Of a stretch of DNA of 64,000 bases, positions 61,496 to 64,000 are shown in pieces. Numbering within the stretch: position 1 is the first letter of the stretch; each line of letters starts with the position of its first letter. A model generated the notes under the pieces. That model saw only the letters and a list, made by a program, of their open reading frames with translations. It ran no database searches and was not told the origin of the DNA. The stretch is from assembly GCF_963506605.1 (NCBI RefSeq), contig NC_083285.1, forward strand, positions 36,828,001 through 36,892,000, read 5' to 3'. The position numbers and the translations under genes are program-made. The stretch is from Zootoca vivipara (taxonomy: Eukaryota).

Positions 61496-63782
61496 TATTG
61501 GGAAGGCAAACATCTGCAGGAGGGACCTCTTCTACTAGGTGAAGCTCCTTGTGGGAACCATCAACATCCCATGCAGGGAGCTTATGTGTGTAAAACCAGA
61601 CTCTTCACTTGAGAAGTTCTTCCCACAGTTGCATGGGGGTCAATGCCTCCACAGGCTCTGACACTGGAGGGGGACAGACCCAGTACACTTATCCACATTC
61701 ATCCTTCCTCAAATTAGAGATTTTAATGCAACGATAATGGAATATTGGGGAATAAATAGTAAAATGGAGGACTTTTTAAAATAATATATGCCTGTTGTCT
61801 CCATTGTCTTCTGGATTACTGATATAGTTAGCACTGCTGTATATATAGACGATGTCTTAGTCTTTGTCATCAGCAAGTTCAGTTCCAGATTTGTTTTTTG
61901 TTTTTTTAAAAAGCGAAAATAAAACATTGCACATACTGATTTTTAAAACCATTTTTAAAGTGCAAACTTTACCAGTATTTACATCGTTAGCAAATTAGCT
62001 CCTGAAATTATGCCAAGCCTCAAGGGGGCTTTCCAAACTCTGGGCTTTTCTCAGGAGAACTGCACAGCCTTTACTAAGCCTTCACTTTTCAGCAAAATAT
62101 AATTCTCGCAAGTGCTGCCACTATTGCTTTCCTAGCACTAAAACTGCTAAGTAAACACTAGCCCTGATCCTTCCATGACGGGCAGGGTTCTTACTATAGC
62201 AGGCTGGCAACAGCACAGTGCTAGGCTTCTGCACAATTACATTCATAGGCAGATGCCTCCAGCTGGAAGTGCCCTTGGAGCACATTTTCTCCTGTGTGAG
62301 GTAGAGATGAGGGAGAAATCCGGTTTGGTTCACATCTTAATGGACGTATCCATGCCCTTGTTTAATCTCAACCTACCTGTACCTCCATTCATTTTCCTTT
62401 GTCCACATAGCATTCTCCTCCAAGTCACAGTCTATCCTCCTCCAGATTTTCTCATGCCCTCTCCTTCTGGAGCATCCCTGGTATGAAAGAATCCAAACTG
62501 AGGGAGGTCAGTGATTTGGAGGAGAACATCATATGGACAATGGAAAATTAATGAAAGTGCAGGAAAACTTACTGTTCCCATTAAACTACAGTCTGGATGA
62601 GCCCAATGTGAACATACCTTATTCACACTTCCTGAAACAATGTACGTGAATTTAAATACAGGTAGCTTTCAAAATTCACAGTTCTGTTATTTTCACGACG
62701 CAGTTCTCCAACCCAAAGATGTGTACAAAAATGCATATATTAGGGGAAAATGTGCATCACTGTAAAATGCATAGCCAAAACATAAAATAGCAAATGGATG
62801 CAGAAATGTGGTAAACTAAACTTAAAATTATAAAAATGTGAAACTCATGAGAAACTGAAACTAACAGTTTCATCATTCTCTAGTGTGAACCCCATTAAAA
62901 TTAATGGGAGATGTGTGACAGGGTAATTCATTACAATTCAAACAAATTACTGTTACAACATTCTTCTGCAACCAGTGCTGATAATTAAATTGGCAGGTGC
63001 CTTTTCATCATTTTTTAAAACAAAAAAAAGCACCACTAATGTATTTCTCACCTTTTCACATCCTAACCATATTTATTCACATATTTTATACAAGTATTGT
63101 CATACATGAAGTTTTATTTCAATACAAACCTCACAGTGATTGCGGTATTATTTTAGGCTAAAGACAATGATTTGAGAATACTGCTCTGCTATAGCTAGAT
63201 GTTGGGAGAGCATCACAAATTATCACCAGAGAAATACATCAATGTATTTTAATGTTTAAAAGTTTTTTAAAAAAACTGGACAGGAAAAATGAAAACAAAA
63301 GCCAAAAAGATTTGGCTGTTTGGACTGCATGCTGTTGTTCTTATTTACCCATGACAACATCAGTCACTAGACAGCTGCAGGTTCCTAAAGGGATGTAACT
63401 CCTATTACTGCATTTCAGCCAAAAAGTAGTTCCCATTAGACAACATAGATTTCTCGAAAAGAGATAAATATCCATGTTTGGACCACATGATTGGCAGGTC
63501 GTCATTTATTCAACAGTTGGGACAGTATACGTTTTTAAGATCATGAAACAAAAGTGGAATGGAATATAATATTTAATATAAACTAATCTGTAAGGCAAAA
63601 CAATTTTGGGGCAGGTTTAAGTAAGAATTATCTGATTATTGGGCCAATGTCAGCAGCAGGCAATAGAGATAATAAACTCCATCACAGTTTCTACCTTATA
63701 AATATCTGTCTTCAGGAGATGCTGAAAATATGACCAGCATTTCTCCAAGGTGTGTAAATCTCAGCTTACTGTTTGCATAGGG

Positions 63783-63837
63783 ATAGGGAACAGTAGCTAC
63801 TGTACTATGCATAGGGAACAGTAGCTACTGTACTATG
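63783..63837. repeat. 28-bp tandem duplication
   Basis: atagggaacagtagctactgtactatg twice. Confidence 0.9.
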
Positions 63838-64000
63838 TAAAGTGGAATGATGCAGGTGACTGTTCATGAAAATGGAACCTCCCAACTAGGATTGCTGTTT
63901 TTTATTTCTATTATACTTCTCCTAAACCCCAGTCTAGTTAAGATCATGTATTCAAGACTTGACCATTTAGGATTTCTGCAGCGTAGAAAAAGTAGATTGG

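Larger units (their letters stand above)
56085..64000 (-). other. Probable long 3' UTR of a minus-strand gene whose CDS lies beyond the window (TMCC3 expected by synteny)
   Basis: Minus-strand AATAAA at 56104-56109; Pumilio TGTAAATA motifs at 56196 and 61976; miRNA seed cluster; no coding exon recognised. Confidence 0.35.

Noticed and set aside
62623-62637. Minus-strand FQEV* resembling the KITLG C-terminus
   Set aside because: Upstream residues (SRTL) do not match and no other KITLG exon is present.

Overview
Vertebrate genomic DNA, inferred to be a squamate and probably a lacertid lizard (Sauria-type SINEs, Squam3-like SINEs, reptile Penelope/L1/L2/BovB repeats). It holds the last 13 coding exons of PLXNC1 (+ strand, stop at 17386-17388), tail-to-tail with a complete 15-coding-exon CEP83 gene (- strand, about 718 aa, ATG at 52070, CpG-island promoter about 53.8-54.7 kb). 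An AT-rich stretch at 56-64 kb looks like the 3' UTR of a further minus-strand gene (TMCC3 by synteny, not confirmed). The introns are dense with transposons. Most notable: (1) a non-autonomous hAT element carrying what I recognise as a captured axonemal dynein (DNAH10-like) exon fragment with its splice donor; (2) a young L1 whose ORF2 is intact except for a nested TA-flanked DNA transposon, which itself contains a Penelope-end fragment; (3) that L1 sits at the apex of a perfect ~90-bp palindrome; (4) a minimal hammerhead ribozyme in a Penelope terminal repeat, plus a decayed one behind a Neptune-like Penelope element; (5) one GC-AG intron in each host gene. Gene and family identities come from my recall of known sequences, not from database searches.
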